From assembly GCA_963665125.2 (NCBI GenBank), contig CAXXUK010000002.1, forward strand, positions 1,152,001-1,216,000: a stretch of DNA of 64,000 nt, in the 5' to 3' direction. Below the pieces are notes generated by a model, which was not told where the DNA came from, did not search any database, and saw only the letters and a program-made list of their open reading frames with translations. Source of the DNA: an uncultured Desulfarculus sp. GTDB lineage: Bacteria; Desulfobacterota; Desulfarculia; Desulfarculales; Desulfarculaceae. Below are positions 10,440 to 20,381 of the stretch, piece by piece (positions within the stretch are counted from its first letter, which is position 1; every line of letters begins with the position of its first letter). The position numbers and the translations under genes were made by a program.

Positions 10440-11486
10440 ATGTCTGGGAAGGTGTTAACTGTGTTGGGCGCCAGACCTCAGTTTGTCAAGGCAGCTCCGG
10501 TAAGTAAGGCTATCGCGATGCAAAGTGACATTACGGAGTTAATTGTACATACTGGCCAACACTATGATACGGAAATGTCTGAAATCTTTTTTACGGAACT
10601 TCGGATTCCGCAGCCGGCATACAACCTAGGCATTCAAGGTGGAGGCCACGGTTTGATGACAGGTAGGATGCTGGAGGCGATTGAAGGTGTCATTGAGCGT
10701 GAAAAGCCAAACATATTGATGGTATACGGCGATACAAATTCTACATTGGCTGGCGCACTTGCCGCTGCTAAACAAAACATCCCAATAGCACATGTTGAGT
10801 CAGGTTTGCGTTCGTATAACCGGCGTATGCCTGAGGAAATTAACAGGGTGGTGACTGATCACCTTAGCTCCTTATTGATATGTCCTACTTCTGCCTCAGT
10901 GGAAAATTTGGCGGCGGAAGGTGTTACAGAAGGAGTACACAATGTCGGCGATGTTATGTTCGATGCTGTCCTAATGGTGAGAGATATTGCCATGAAACGG
11001 TCATCAATTTTACAAAAATTAAATGTGAGAGAGGGCAACTATGACGTTGCCACCGTGCACAGGGCTGAGAATACTGATTCTTTTGAAGCGCTTGAAGAAG
11101 TGATTAGTTACCTAAAAAAGCAGGCAGAAGCTCACATGGTGGTGCTGCCGCTTCACCCACGAACAAAGGCAGCAGTGCTTCGTTTCGGTCTTGATCTTGA
11201 GGGACTTATGACTTGCCCCCCATTGGGTTATCTAGATATGACAAGGCTTGTTATGGGGGCATCAAAAGTAATGACAGACTCCGGTGGGTTGCAAAAGGAG
11301 GCATATTTCCATAAAAAGCCCTGTATCACTCTGCGAAATGAAACTGAATGGGTTGAGACAGTTCAGTGTGGCTGGAATCAGCTTTGGAAACATCCAATAG
11401 AGAGCAAGAAGCGGACACTTATTAATGAATACGGTGATGGTGACGCATCTGCAAAGATAATCGCATTACTGCATCAACTGCTGTGA
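10440..11486 (+). CDS. wecB: Non-hydrolysing UDP-N-acetylglucosamine(-type) 2-epimerase (WecB/WbpI-like)
   Basis: GARPQFVK, HTGQHYD, GDTNSTLAG, HVESGLRS, MPEEINR, TDSGGLQKEA. Confidence 0.9.
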   Translation: MSGKVLTVLGARPQFVKAAPVSKAIAMQSDITELIVHTGQHYDTEMSEIFFTELRIPQPAYNLGIQGGGHGLMTGRMLEAIEGVIEREKPNILMVYGDTNSTLAGALAAAKQNIPIAHVESGLRSYNRRMPEEINRVVTDHLSSLLICPTSASVENLAAEGVTEGVHNVGDVMFDAVLMVRDIAMKRSSILQKLNVREGNYDVATVHRAENTDSFEALEEVISYLKKQAEAHMVVLPLHPRTKAAVLRFGLDLEGLMTCPPLGYLDMTRLVMGASKVMTDSGGLQKEAYFHKKPCITLRNETEWVETVQCGWNQLWKHPIESKKRTLINEYGDGDASAKIIALLHQLL

Positions 11487-11502
11487 TGGCGCATATAACA
11501 AC

Positions 11503-11539
11503 ACCGGTAGTCCACGGAATTGGACAGTTGTGGTAGACT
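11503..11539 (+). mobile_element. Solo left-end remnant of an IS-B-like element
   Basis: ACCGGTAGTCCACGGAATTGGACAGTTGTGGTAGACT aligns with the IS-B left end AGCGGTGGTCCCCGGGAATCGGGCAGTTGTGATAGGCT. Confidence 0.6.
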
Positions 11540-11552
11540 AAATTGGCCCGAG

Positions 11553-13208
11553 ACGCCTTGCAAATGGCCATATGGCGACCATTCCTAAGGGCATTCTGTT
11601 CATTTTGATCAAGGCGGTTAGTAATGCTCCAGAAAGTATCAGACCATTTAAGCCAAACATGAGCTGACTTGCAGCATTAGCGGCAAGGGAAACTGTTATG
11701 ACGACGCCGTGACCGAAACTTCTTTCATACACAGAGGTGGACCCCAAAAATCGGACAATAGTGTAAGGTGGTATGGATGAGTCCGATGGAGGGACACCAG
11801 CTATGAGCAAGACCAAACGCAGGCGCTTTTCGGCCGAATTCAAGGCCACGGTAGCGCTGGAGGCATTGAAGGGCGAGCAGACTCTTTCCGAGCTGGCAGC
11901 ACGGTTTGACATCCACCCCAATATGATTGCGCAGTGGAAGCGCCAGGCCACCGAAGGCTTGACAGAAGTTTTCTCCAGCAAGGGTGCGAAGCAGCAAGAG
12001 GCCGGAGAATCCCAGATCAAAGAGCTTCATGCAAAGATTGGGCAGTTGACCATTGAACGGGATTTTTTGGCCAAGGCCTCCGGTCGCTGAGCTTTGATCG
12101 GAGGAAAGCGATGGTGAAGGCAAGCAGGCCCAAGGGATTGAGCATTGTCCGCCAATGTGAGCTCCTGGGAATCAGCCGCTCATCGTTTTATTACGAAGCC
12201 ACGGGCGAAAACCCGCTGAATATTGAGCTGATGCGCAAGATGGATGAGCAGTTTCTGGAAACGCCCTGGTACGGCTCTCGTCAGATGGTCCGCTGGCTCC
12301 GGCGTGAGGGGCATCGCGTGGGCAGGAAGCGGGTGGTGCGGCTGATGCGCAAGATGGGGCTTAGCCCCGTCTACCAGAAGCCCGGGACATCCAAGCCCCA
12401 GCCGGGGCACAAGGTTTACCCCTATTTACTGCGCGGGGTGGAGATAAGCGAACCCGGCCACATCTGGTGCGCCGATATCACTTATATCCCGATGAGGCGT
12501 GGTTTTCTCTACCTGGTGGCGATCATGGACTGGGCCAGCCGCAAGGTGCTGAGCTGGCGACTGTCCAACACCTTGGATGCTGATTTTTGCGTGGCCGCCT
12601 TGAGTGATGCCCTGCGAAGGTTTCCCAACCCCCTGATTTTCAATACCGATCAGGGGAGCCAATTCACAAGCTTTGGCTTTACCCAGGTGCTCAAGGATGC
12701 TGAGATCAAAATTTCCATGGATGGCAAAGGCCGCTGGATGGACAATGTCATGATCGAACGCCTGTGGCGCTCTCTCAAATATGAATGTGTCTATCTGCAT
12801 GCCTTTGAGACGGGAAGCGAGGCCAGGAAGGGAATCGGCTCCTGGATCGATTACTATAACCAACGGCGACCCCACTCCAGCCTGGATGGCAAAACGCCGG
12901 ACGAGGCATACTGGGGCCGACCCACGACGGGATTGACCGAAGCGGCGGCATGACAACAACAAATACCATCCACCTTAACTACGCCGCCAAACTGTCTAAC
13001 GATTGGGGGCCACCTCTCACTCAAGGTGTAACAGATCCACGGCGAGTGCTTCGCCACCCGCCATAATATACGCTGGGCGGTGTTCGAGGAGATTGAGGTT
13101 GACTACAACCGTAACAGAAGGCACAGTTCCAATGTCAACATCAGCCCGTTGGCCTTTGAAAACAAATTTGTCGCTTAGTCGTCTGTCCGTCTTTGATGGG
13201 TTTGATCA
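11553..13208 (+). mobile_element. Decayed IS3-group orfB/right-end remnant interrupted by IS-A copy 3
   Basis: ALQMAIWR, ILFHFDQG, SGKGNCYDDAVTE, FFHT|LKV, IEVDYNRNRRHSS; ends TGTCCGTCTTTGATGGGTTTGATCA. Confidence 0.78.
11733..13017 (+). mobile_element. IS-A copy 3 (1285 bp), apparently intact; orfA 11803-12090, orfB to 12953
   Basis: Near-identical to copy 1; 3-bp target duplication CAC (11730-11732 and 13018-13020). Confidence 0.95.
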
Positions 13209-13370
13209 CAGGGGGCCTGGAACGACTTTTATAACACCCTGCGGGGCCATTACTCGTTGGATAACCGCACCCCGGATCAGGCATACTTCCGGGGCGCCCC
13301 AAAGACGGCCTAAAGATGACCGGCCAAATCATCCTTAATCAAGCCTCCAAATTGTCCAATAATTTGGATT
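13209..13370 (+). mobile_element. 3'-end fragment of an IS-B-like element
   Basis: Encodes AWNDFYNTLRGHYSLDNRTPDQAYF, followed by AATCAAGCC..AAATTGTCC resembling the IS-B right end. Confidence 0.7.
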
Positions 13371-13422
13371 CATCCCTTGAGGAGCCGCCGTTTTGTAAGG
13401 CCCAAGATTCTGGAGTGAATCT

Positions 13423-14598
13423 TTGTCTTCTGTTTGTTCGCTAGTATTGAATTCTGTTTCCTCTGACGCGCGGGTCTTAAAACAAGCACAATCTGCCGCC
13501 AATGATGGGCATTCGGTTACTATTGTGTGCATCCGGGAAAAGCCAGATGACTGTTATCGAGAGACCATTAACGGGGGCGTCAAAATCATTCGTTGCGATT
13601 ATTTGCCACAGACGATGCAAGATAAAAAGCTACGACGGCTTCCAGCCCCTTTGCGCAAATTGAGCGGCATGCTTGCCATGTTGTTGGCTATTTGCCAAGT
13701 AAAACCATACATTTTACATTGTCACGACGTATACACACTTCCCTTAGGGGCGGTTGCCAAAACTCTTCTGCGTTGCCGCTTAATATATGACGCCCACGAA
13801 ATATACGAGCATGCTGCGGGGAATAATGATAACCACGCCAGAAAGTTTCGCTTGGTCCACAGGGCCTTTGCAGGCTTTTGCGACGGATTCGTGACCATTA
13901 ATTCTTCCTTGGCTGCTTGGTATGGACATCATTATCCAGCACTTCCCAAGGCGGTGGTGGTGATGAACGCTACGACACAGCAAGAACCCATAGCGTATGA
14001 CGGGCGTCTTCACCGCGCAGCTGGCTTGCCGCCGGAAGTGAAGATACTGCTTGTACAAGGCGGGCTGACCCCCCATCGCGGGCTGGAAAAAGTTGCAGAG
14101 TCTTCCGCTCATCTGCCGCCGGAATGGGCGGTGGTAATGATGGGAAATGGCTGCTTGCGGGAATCGCTTAGTCAAACTGCTGAAAAATTACGGGTAAATA
14201 GTAACTTGCCACATGCACCACTGGTTTTGATTCCAGCAGCTCCCTTAAAGGAACTCCCTCAGTGGACAGCAGGAGCTTCTATCGGTCTGATACCCTACGA
14301 AAATACCGGGCTCAATCATTGGTTTTGTACGCCCAACAAACTGTGGGAATATCCAGGAGCCGGTGTACCTGTGCTGGCAAGCCCGTTCCCTGAAATGAAA
14401 AAAATGATTACATCGTACGGTTTCGGATGGCTTTTAGATGATGACTGGAAGGCTGCAGAGTTGGCCGATCAAGTAACAAAAATCAGCTCGAATGAGATAG
14501 TCGAACGCCAAAATTGTTGTAAGCGTTTCGTTGATAGCGAAAACTGGAACAAGTATGCTCTTCGCTTGTTGGCCCTTTATAGACAGCTAGGCGCCTAA
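13423..14598 (+). CDS. Glycosyltransferase, GT4/GT-B type
   Basis: DARVLK, HCHD, IYDAHE, PNKLWEY..AGVPV. Confidence 0.88.
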   Translation: MSSVCSLVLNSVSSDARVLKQAQSAANDGHSVTIVCIREKPDDCYRETINGGVKIIRCDYLPQTMQDKKLRRLPAPLRKLSGMLAMLLAICQVKPYILHCHDVYTLPLGAVAKTLLRCRLIYDAHEIYEHAAGNNDNHARKFRLVHRAFAGFCDGFVTINSSLAAWYGHHYPALPKAVVVMNATTQQEPIAYDGRLHRAAGLPPEVKILLVQGGLTPHRGLEKVAESSAHLPPEWAVVMMGNGCLRESLSQTAEKLRVNSNLPHAPLVLIPAAPLKELPQWTAGASIGLIPYENTGLNHWFCTPNKLWEYPGAGVPVLASPFPEMKKMITSYGFGWLLDDDWKAAELADQVTKISSNEIVERQNCCKRFVDSENWNKYALRLLALYRQLGA

Positions 14599-14599
14599 C

Positions 14600-14912
14600 A
14601 TTTTTGGCGACCAACGTCCTGGAAGACCGTCATGGGCTCAAGGCATTTCTGGCGGCCGCCCAGGTCTCGTTGGAACACTACTATGAAATAACATGCGACC
14701 CTACTCTGGCCGACGCCATCCTGGATCGATTGGTGTATAGCGCCCACAAAATACAACTCAGATGAGAACCTATAAGGAAAACATTCAACCTTGACTCGGG
14801 AGACCACAAAAGCGTAAATCAAAACAACAGCGTCGCTTCGCGCCGATTAAGTGGACGCTTTGCTCCGGTCGATGGCCGCTTTCAACCGGAGCAGGTGGCC
14901 GGATTCAACTAT
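14600..14912 (+). pseudogene. IS21-family istB C-terminal remnant plus right-end repeats
   Basis: Translation VLEDRHG...DPTLADAILDRLVYSAHKIQL, followed by tandem GTGG(A/C)CG...CCGG-type subterminal repeats at about 14851-14910. Confidence 0.75.
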
Positions 14913-14948
14913 ATAAGCAACAAATACGAATGAATTGGGATTAGCAAA

Positions 14949-15668
14949 ATGATCATCGGGGAACGAGTTATAGCTGTTATCCCGGTTAGGGGCGGCAGCA
15001 AGGGAATCCCTCGAAAAAACGAATGCGACCTGGGTGGTCATCCCCTGATGGCCTGGGCCATTCAGACGGCCAGGTGTTGTCGTCCGGAAATTGATCGCGT
15101 GATTGTATCGACCGAAGACGAGACCTTGGCCTGTACAGCCAAACGGTACGGTGCCGAAGTGTATCCACGCTCCGCACATCTGGCGTCGGATACAGTCGGT
15201 GTTCATCAGGTGCTCCTGGACCTGCGTAGCAGGCTCAAAGAGGAGGGCGAGACGGCCAAATACTGGGTTCTATTGGAAGCGCCCTCGGCTTTTCGCAGCC
15301 CCGAACTACTTCGAGAGGCCTTGTCCTTACTTGAATCCGGTTATACGTCTGCCGCCAGTTTCCGGAAGGCCCGGACCCATCCTATTCAGGCCTGGAAACT
15401 CCTTGATGGTTCGATCAGTACCTATATCCCTGATGCCAATCCATGGGTGACTCGCCAAGAACTGCCGGAAGCCTACGAACTCACTGGTGAAGTATATGCG
15501 TTCGAAATCGACGCGCTTAGACGGGAAAGCGCCTCGTTGCTACAGGGCAGATGCGGAGCGGTTCTGGTGGATAGCGACCTTTCGGTGGACATCAACTCGC
15601 CGTGGGACCTCGAACTGGCCCGAGTGCTTTTTCCTAGGAGTCCTCTCGCTCGACTAAGCATGGATTAG
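14949..15668 (+). CDS. Acylneuraminate cytidylyltransferase family protein (NeuA-like, divergent)
   Basis: IPVRGGSKGIPRKN, VIVSTED, RQELPEAY, SVDINS. Confidence 0.85.
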   Translation: MIIGERVIAVIPVRGGSKGIPRKNECDLGGHPLMAWAIQTARCCRPEIDRVIVSTEDETLACTAKRYGAEVYPRSAHLASDTVGVHQVLLDLRSRLKEEGETAKYWVLLEAPSAFRSPELLREALSLLESGYTSAASFRKARTHPIQAWKLLDGSISTYIPDANPWVTRQELPEAYELTGEVYAFEIDALRRESASLLQGRCGAVLVDSDLSVDINSPWDLELARVLFPRSPLARLSMD

Positions 15669-15736
15669 CCAGCCCGTCGCCTTTCCAATTTCACCCGCCT
15701 TCAGGGAGCCCGAAACTTAACGAGATTTCGGCGTTC

Positions 15737-17107
15737 TTACTCCATATCATCCACATACTGCATTAGACGGTCGATGAACCTCCCGTCGATGACGCCCCAT
15801 CTTTCGGCGAACTCGATCTGGGCCGAAGCCGTCTCCCGGTAAAACTGATCATCTTGCACCAGTCGCTTGATCAAGTCTTCATATTCCTGGTGCTTGCGCA
15901 TTGTAAGAACTCCGGGCAGATCTTCATACGCAGCCAGGTTAAAATTATAAAAATCGTAGTTTACTACTGGCTTGCCGCAGGCTGTAGCCCATCGGATAAC
16001 ACTAGAGAAATCAGATATAAGAATATCATGACGGGGAATATTGGGAATGACGTTTCCCCAGATAACCGGAATATTCAGTTGACTGAATACCGCCTTATCA
16101 TCAGGAGCGGTTGATGGATGCACGCTGACCGTCAGTTCGACACCGCTTCCGCGAAATTGAACCAGACCTTTAACAAGCTCTAAGTAAGAAGCCGGGAACT
16201 CCGTGAACTCTCCCCTTGTGGGATGATAGCTTGGAGGCATGGCCAGAAGGACTTTGGTTGAATTTTCGTTAATTTTCCGGGGAATCCGAAAAGCCGCCCT
16301 GACGTTGTCATCCATTTTAAGCCCATGCCAGATGACGTCCCCATTAACCGAGCCCGCCACTCGCACTCTGTCGGCGGCGAAGCCTTCGTGTACGACATGC
16401 TCCGCGTACTGCTCGGAAGGCGCCAGGAATATATCCGCTTCGCTTCCATAGACATTCCATGGCCTTGCGACCGAGGCGCCCACCCCTTCCCAGGCTAGTA
16501 TTATTTCAGGCCTGAACATCAGATGGCCCTCGTTTTGCCCCTTTTTTATCCAGTGAGAGTATTGCGTTCTAATAATATCGCCGCCTGGCGCGTCAATATG
16601 GAAACTCCGCCCAGTCTTAATTTTATTGGCTAGGTCGGTTTCCAAATCTTCCATGCCGCTATAACCATATGGGCAGCATAGTATAGGGATGCCAGCTTCT
16701 TTTGAAGCACTGGTCAACATGAAATCTCCAGCGATGCCGTCACTGGAAACAATAATTCCTTTGGGAGCGATGGATTGAATAGCTGATCGACAGGCACCCA
16801 TTTTTTTTCGGAAAATATCGAAGTTGGCCGTAAAGGTCCGAGCATTTCCCCGCGGTAGGGACTCGATTATCCCAGACTTGAACTGGGCGTCATGCTCAGA
16901 TTCAGTCTCGCTAACGCTACCAATAAAATCATCCACGGAATATATCTTACAAGGCTTCTCGTTTAATTCTGCCCTGCGTTGGTCATCTAGAGAGTCAATG
17001 GGAAAACTCAACCACAAGCCGATTTCAATGCCGCGTTCCAATAACCGGTCGGCGATAGCAAGCTGACTAATTTTCCCGGCAGTTCTGGGGATCACTAACA
17101 GTAACAC
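15737..17107 (-). CDS. Hypothetical polysaccharide transferase-like protein (HP motif; TagF/sialyltransferase-like)
   Basis: 456-aa ORF in the operon; C-terminal VSVHPS, DILISDFSSV, ACGKPVV. Confidence 0.55.
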   Translation of the reverse strand: MLLLVIPRTAGKISQLAIADRLLERGIEIGLWLSFPIDSLDDQRRAELNEKPCKIYSVDDFIGSVSETESEHDAQFKSGIIESLPRGNARTFTANFDIFRKKMGACRSAIQSIAPKGIIVSSDGIAGDFMLTSASKEAGIPILCCPYGYSGMEDLETDLANKIKTGRSFHIDAPGGDIIRTQYSHWIKKGQNEGHLMFRPEIILAWEGVGASVARPWNVYGSEADIFLAPSEQYAEHVVHEGFAADRVRVAGSVNGDVIWHGLKMDDNVRAAFRIPRKINENSTKVLLAMPPSYHPTRGEFTEFPASYLELVKGLVQFRGSGVELTVSVHPSTAPDDKAVFSQLNIPVIWGNVIPNIPRHDILISDFSSVIRWATACGKPVVNYDFYNFNLAAYEDLPGVLTMRKHQEYEDLIKRLVQDDQFYRETASAQIEFAERWGVIDGRFIDRLMQYVDDME

Positions 17108-17128
17108 TAACAGCGTTCCCTTTTTTCA

Positions 17129-18256
17129 TCATATTGGGCCGTGGTGGCAATTATGGGGATGTAGTAGGATATCCCACGTTTTTTTCAGAGCTCCCAATGG
17201 GCTTGGCAGCGATTGAGTACTGTGCCAAAACCGGTCGCGTTTTACTCGATCGGCAGCCTGTGCCAGGGCCATAGCGGCCTGCTCGCTGTTTTTTGCGCAC
17301 AATGCGAATCCCTGCTCTACGGCAGGAAGGCGATCAAAATCGTAGAAGACGCTCATTGCCTCAATCAAGTTGGGATGGCTGGCCATGTATATCGGTAATG
17401 CCATGAGTCGCGGCGAAAACCGGTTTACATACACCGCATCAAGCATTGAGTTCGACAGAGTGCTGGTAACGCTTGTACAGGCCGCGATAATCTGCTCGAC
17501 TTTTAGTTGATCATCAAGGTAAACTACAAGGTCAAAATCAGCCAGTAAAGACAATATCCGTTCCCTCTGCTCCTGTACGGAGGAGGGGTGAGGGCGATAT
17601 AGCACCTTCCGCTCCCCAGTAGCCCGCACTGCTTCGGCCCAATGGGCGATACTGTCGATGTAACCGTCAACGTGATCGAGCGGCTGGCAGAAAAAGCCGT
17701 GTAGAACGTCGTCAGGGGGGCACCCTAAACGAATGCGCATCTCACGATGAATGGCGGTGAAGTTCATTTCGGCATAGCATGCATGGCGCGGAGAGCCTAC
17801 CACTTCGCTGGACCAGCTGTGTCTTTCTTTGGTTCGCTTGGTGGCGTACTCGTCTTGCACCAGATAACAATCCGGATGCCGTCCAAAGAACAGATTAGTA
17901 TCCCCCCAGAAGTCCTGCAACATGAATGTGGGGCATTTCGCGTGGTAGAGCGCGGCTTCATCGACCCCCCCCTCCCCCGGGGTGCTTAGCCCGACGAGAA
18001 TGACATCCGGCTGAAAACGGACCAACAGGCTTGCGACGGCGTCCAAAAGTATTTCAGCATCGCTGCTATCGCCAGATGAAAGGATAACGGGCGCCTCAAC
18101 CTGATGGTGTGGGACATGATGAGCGTTAAATATAGAGGATGCCGGCTCTTGGGATAGTACCGTTACCGTAATCCGATCCAGGCCGGCCACGTATTTCCAT
18201 AGTTCAAGGATACCCAGCGCCGCGCAGACAGAACGTGCCGTCAAAATGGCTTTCAT
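17129..18256 (-). CDS. Hypothetical GT-B-like protein (HP motif)
   Basis: 375-aa ORF overlapping the upstream stop codon; FQPDVILVG, LQDFWG, VVGSP, YRPHPS. Confidence 0.55.
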   Translation of the reverse strand: MKAILTARSVCAALGILELWKYVAGLDRITVTVLSQEPASSIFNAHHVPHHQVEAPVILSSGDSSDAEILLDAVASLLVRFQPDVILVGLSTPGEGGVDEAALYHAKCPTFMLQDFWGDTNLFFGRHPDCYLVQDEYATKRTKERHSWSSEVVGSPRHACYAEMNFTAIHREMRIRLGCPPDDVLHGFFCQPLDHVDGYIDSIAHWAEAVRATGERKVLYRPHPSSVQEQRERILSLLADFDLVVYLDDQLKVEQIIAACTSVTSTLSNSMLDAVYVNRFSPRLMALPIYMASHPNLIEAMSVFYDFDRLPAVEQGFALCAKNSEQAAMALAQAADRVKRDRFWHSTQSLPSPLGALKKTWDILLHPHNCHHGPI

Positions 18257-19296
18257 AGTCGCAGGCTCCTCCAGATTCCGGCCTGGATATCAGCACGCCG
18301 GAACAGGTAGTGAAACTTGTTCCATTCGCCCTGTGGGACATGGCCGCCCTGGTTTTCAATCAGGGCCAGTACACAGAGAGAACGGAGGTTTAAGCTCTTA
18401 ATAACTGGGACCCAATCTTCGGAATTGATGCTGCGCGTAGTCGTCGCGGAGTTGAAATAGCCCCTCAGAAGGGCCGAGCCCAATTGAATCATAACCTGAT
18501 CCGGTAGTGGATGGACCATGACCAAACGTTCAAGAGCATAGGCCAGTTCAAATTCCAAGGGAAGAAAACTGTGGTGAACATCTTCAAAATCGATGACCAT
18601 CAAACCACGGTTTGTCATCAGAAAATTGGTAAGGTTGGCGTCACCGTGAAGGGGTTGTCGCGGCAAATCCAATCTTTCGAAGTCAAGCGTACTGTCTTCA
18701 GCGATTTCGCGTACATCCCGGTTTTTGACCTTACATGTCCAGTCTCCATTGGCCAGCGCAGTACGCACACGGGAAAGACAAAAAATTCGTTGCTGGGTTT
18801 CCTTCTTCCAATGAATACGGTCGGGGTGCCTTTGCAAGGCGTTGTGGAACTTGGCCAGAAGCCGACCAAGTGCGAATAAATCTTCGGGATCGGGACGAAG
18901 GAAACGGTGGATATGATAGCGAACCGCCCACAGGACGCCCTGGTCCCAAACATGTTTCACTGCCCCTACTCGCCGTGGTTCAAACGCTGGCTCGGGAGTC
19001 AATATATCCTGTTTGATGAGCCATTGGATCAAGCAATAAGATTTGGCGGATTCATGATACCGTTCCGGGTGAAGCCACTTGACCAACCAACCGTTTGAAT
19101 CATCATATCCGCGTACCCTATACATATCCAGAAATCGTTCGCCCAGGTAAAGGCGCTCCGCTAAATCCACCACGATATCTGGTGAAAAAAAACGTTCAAG
19201 AGCCTGCTTCTCCGCGCCGAAGGCTGGTTTGAATTCGGCATGGGGCAGCTCAGTTATGGCAACCCAGGCGGGTTCCCTATTTTTTTGCTTCCACAT
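18253..19296 (-). CDS. Aminoglycoside phosphotransferase / choline kinase-fold kinase
   Basis: WLVKW lysine motif, LGRLLAKFH, Brenner motif PLHGDANLTNFL, VIDFE. Confidence 0.8.
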   Translation of the reverse strand: MWKQKNREPAWVAITELPHAEFKPAFGAEKQALERFFSPDIVVDLAERLYLGERFLDMYRVRGYDDSNGWLVKWLHPERYHESAKSYCLIQWLIKQDILTPEPAFEPRRVGAVKHVWDQGVLWAVRYHIHRFLRPDPEDLFALGRLLAKFHNALQRHPDRIHWKKETQQRIFCLSRVRTALANGDWTCKVKNRDVREIAEDSTLDFERLDLPRQPLHGDANLTNFLMTNRGLMVIDFEDVHHSFLPLEFELAYALERLVMVHPLPDQVMIQLGSALLRGYFNSATTTRSINSEDWVPVIKSLNLRSLCVLALIENQGGHVPQGEWNKFHYLFRRADIQAGIWRSLRL

Positions 19297-20371
19297 GGTA
19301 CCATTGAATGGGGTCGCCAGCGGGTACGGATTCTTTCAGATTCCAATTTGCGACTATAGGCCAATGCTCGACCGGTATACCCAAACAGGGCCACGCGAAA
19401 CGAACCGTTTCGAAGGAGAGGCCCATGCCTGGCGTCAGGTCTTTTTTCGCCACCAGGCACTGACGTTGCGATGAACTCAGGATGCCCTTTATCCGCTGAG
19501 CAGGGTTCCGGCGCTTACTGCCCAGGGCCAGCCAACAATCCATGGTCTTTCGTAAAACTTCCGGAAGATCGTCGATATGCATGGAGTACGAAATGTCCTG
19601 ATCGAGTTCGTCCGGGTCAAAGTAAAGCCCTTTTTCGAGGACCGTTGCGCCCAGAGCTATGGACATATAAAGCATCTCTATCCCGACGTAATGGTCGGAC
19701 AGGCCCGTGGGAAGGCCGAAACAGTCTTCGTAAGTCTGCAGAATACGCAGGTTGTGAGCTTCCGGCAACGCCGGGTGCCCGTCCGGGCTGTGTTGAACGA
19801 TGATTTTCGACGCCCCATGACTTTGAGCGGCCTCAACCGCTCTTGCCACCTCCCGCAATGTTGCCCGACCTGTGTCAATAACCATGGGCAAACCCTTGGC
19901 CGCCACGTGCTGAATCAGCGGCACATGAACAAGATTCGATGATGCGATTTTCAAGGCGGCGGCCCCTTGGGATTCAGCAAAGTCCGCCGCCTTGAAGTCG
20001 TAGACAGAAACGACCGTGGGGATGTTAACATCACGACAGTACGCGAACAGTGGCTCGTAATCCTTTAGCGGCATAGCCTTGCGTTCGATCAGGCCACGGT
20101 AGTTCTCCTGCCTAATCTCACCTTTTTTGTTTTGGTACGTTTCCGTCTGATCGCTGGGCAGGCATATTTCAGGGTCATCGAGAATCTCGGTTTTGAGAAC
20201 AACCGGCACATCCGGGTTGGCATCCCTTGCTGCGACGATTTTTTCGAAGAGGTTGCGCGCTAGGAGAGGATCGCCATTAAAATAGCTGCCTACTTCAGCA
20301 AAAAAAATGGGTGGAGCCTTTTTTGAAACCGTATATCCGCCTAGCTTGAACTCCATAATATCATTCTCCAT
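19277..20371 (-). CDS. N-acetylneuraminate synthase family protein with C-terminal SAF domain (NeuB/SpsE-like, divergent)
   Basis: FFAEVG, KIASSNL, MVIDTG, GLSDH, LGATVLEK, C-terminal LVAKKDL..G. Confidence 0.85.
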   Translation of the reverse strand: MENDIMEFKLGGYTVSKKAPPIFFAEVGSYFNGDPLLARNLFEKIVAARDANPDVPVVLKTEILDDPEICLPSDQTETYQNKKGEIRQENYRGLIERKAMPLKDYEPLFAYCRDVNIPTVVSVYDFKAADFAESQGAAALKIASSNLVHVPLIQHVAAKGLPMVIDTGRATLREVARAVEAAQSHGASKIIVQHSPDGHPALPEAHNLRILQTYEDCFGLPTGLSDHYVGIEMLYMSIALGATVLEKGLYFDPDELDQDISYSMHIDDLPEVLRKTMDCWLALGSKRRNPAQRIKGILSSSQRQCLVAKKDLTPGMGLSFETVRFAWPCLGIPVEHWPIVANWNLKESVPAGDPIQWYHVEAKK

Positions 20372-20381
20372 GGGGCGCGTC

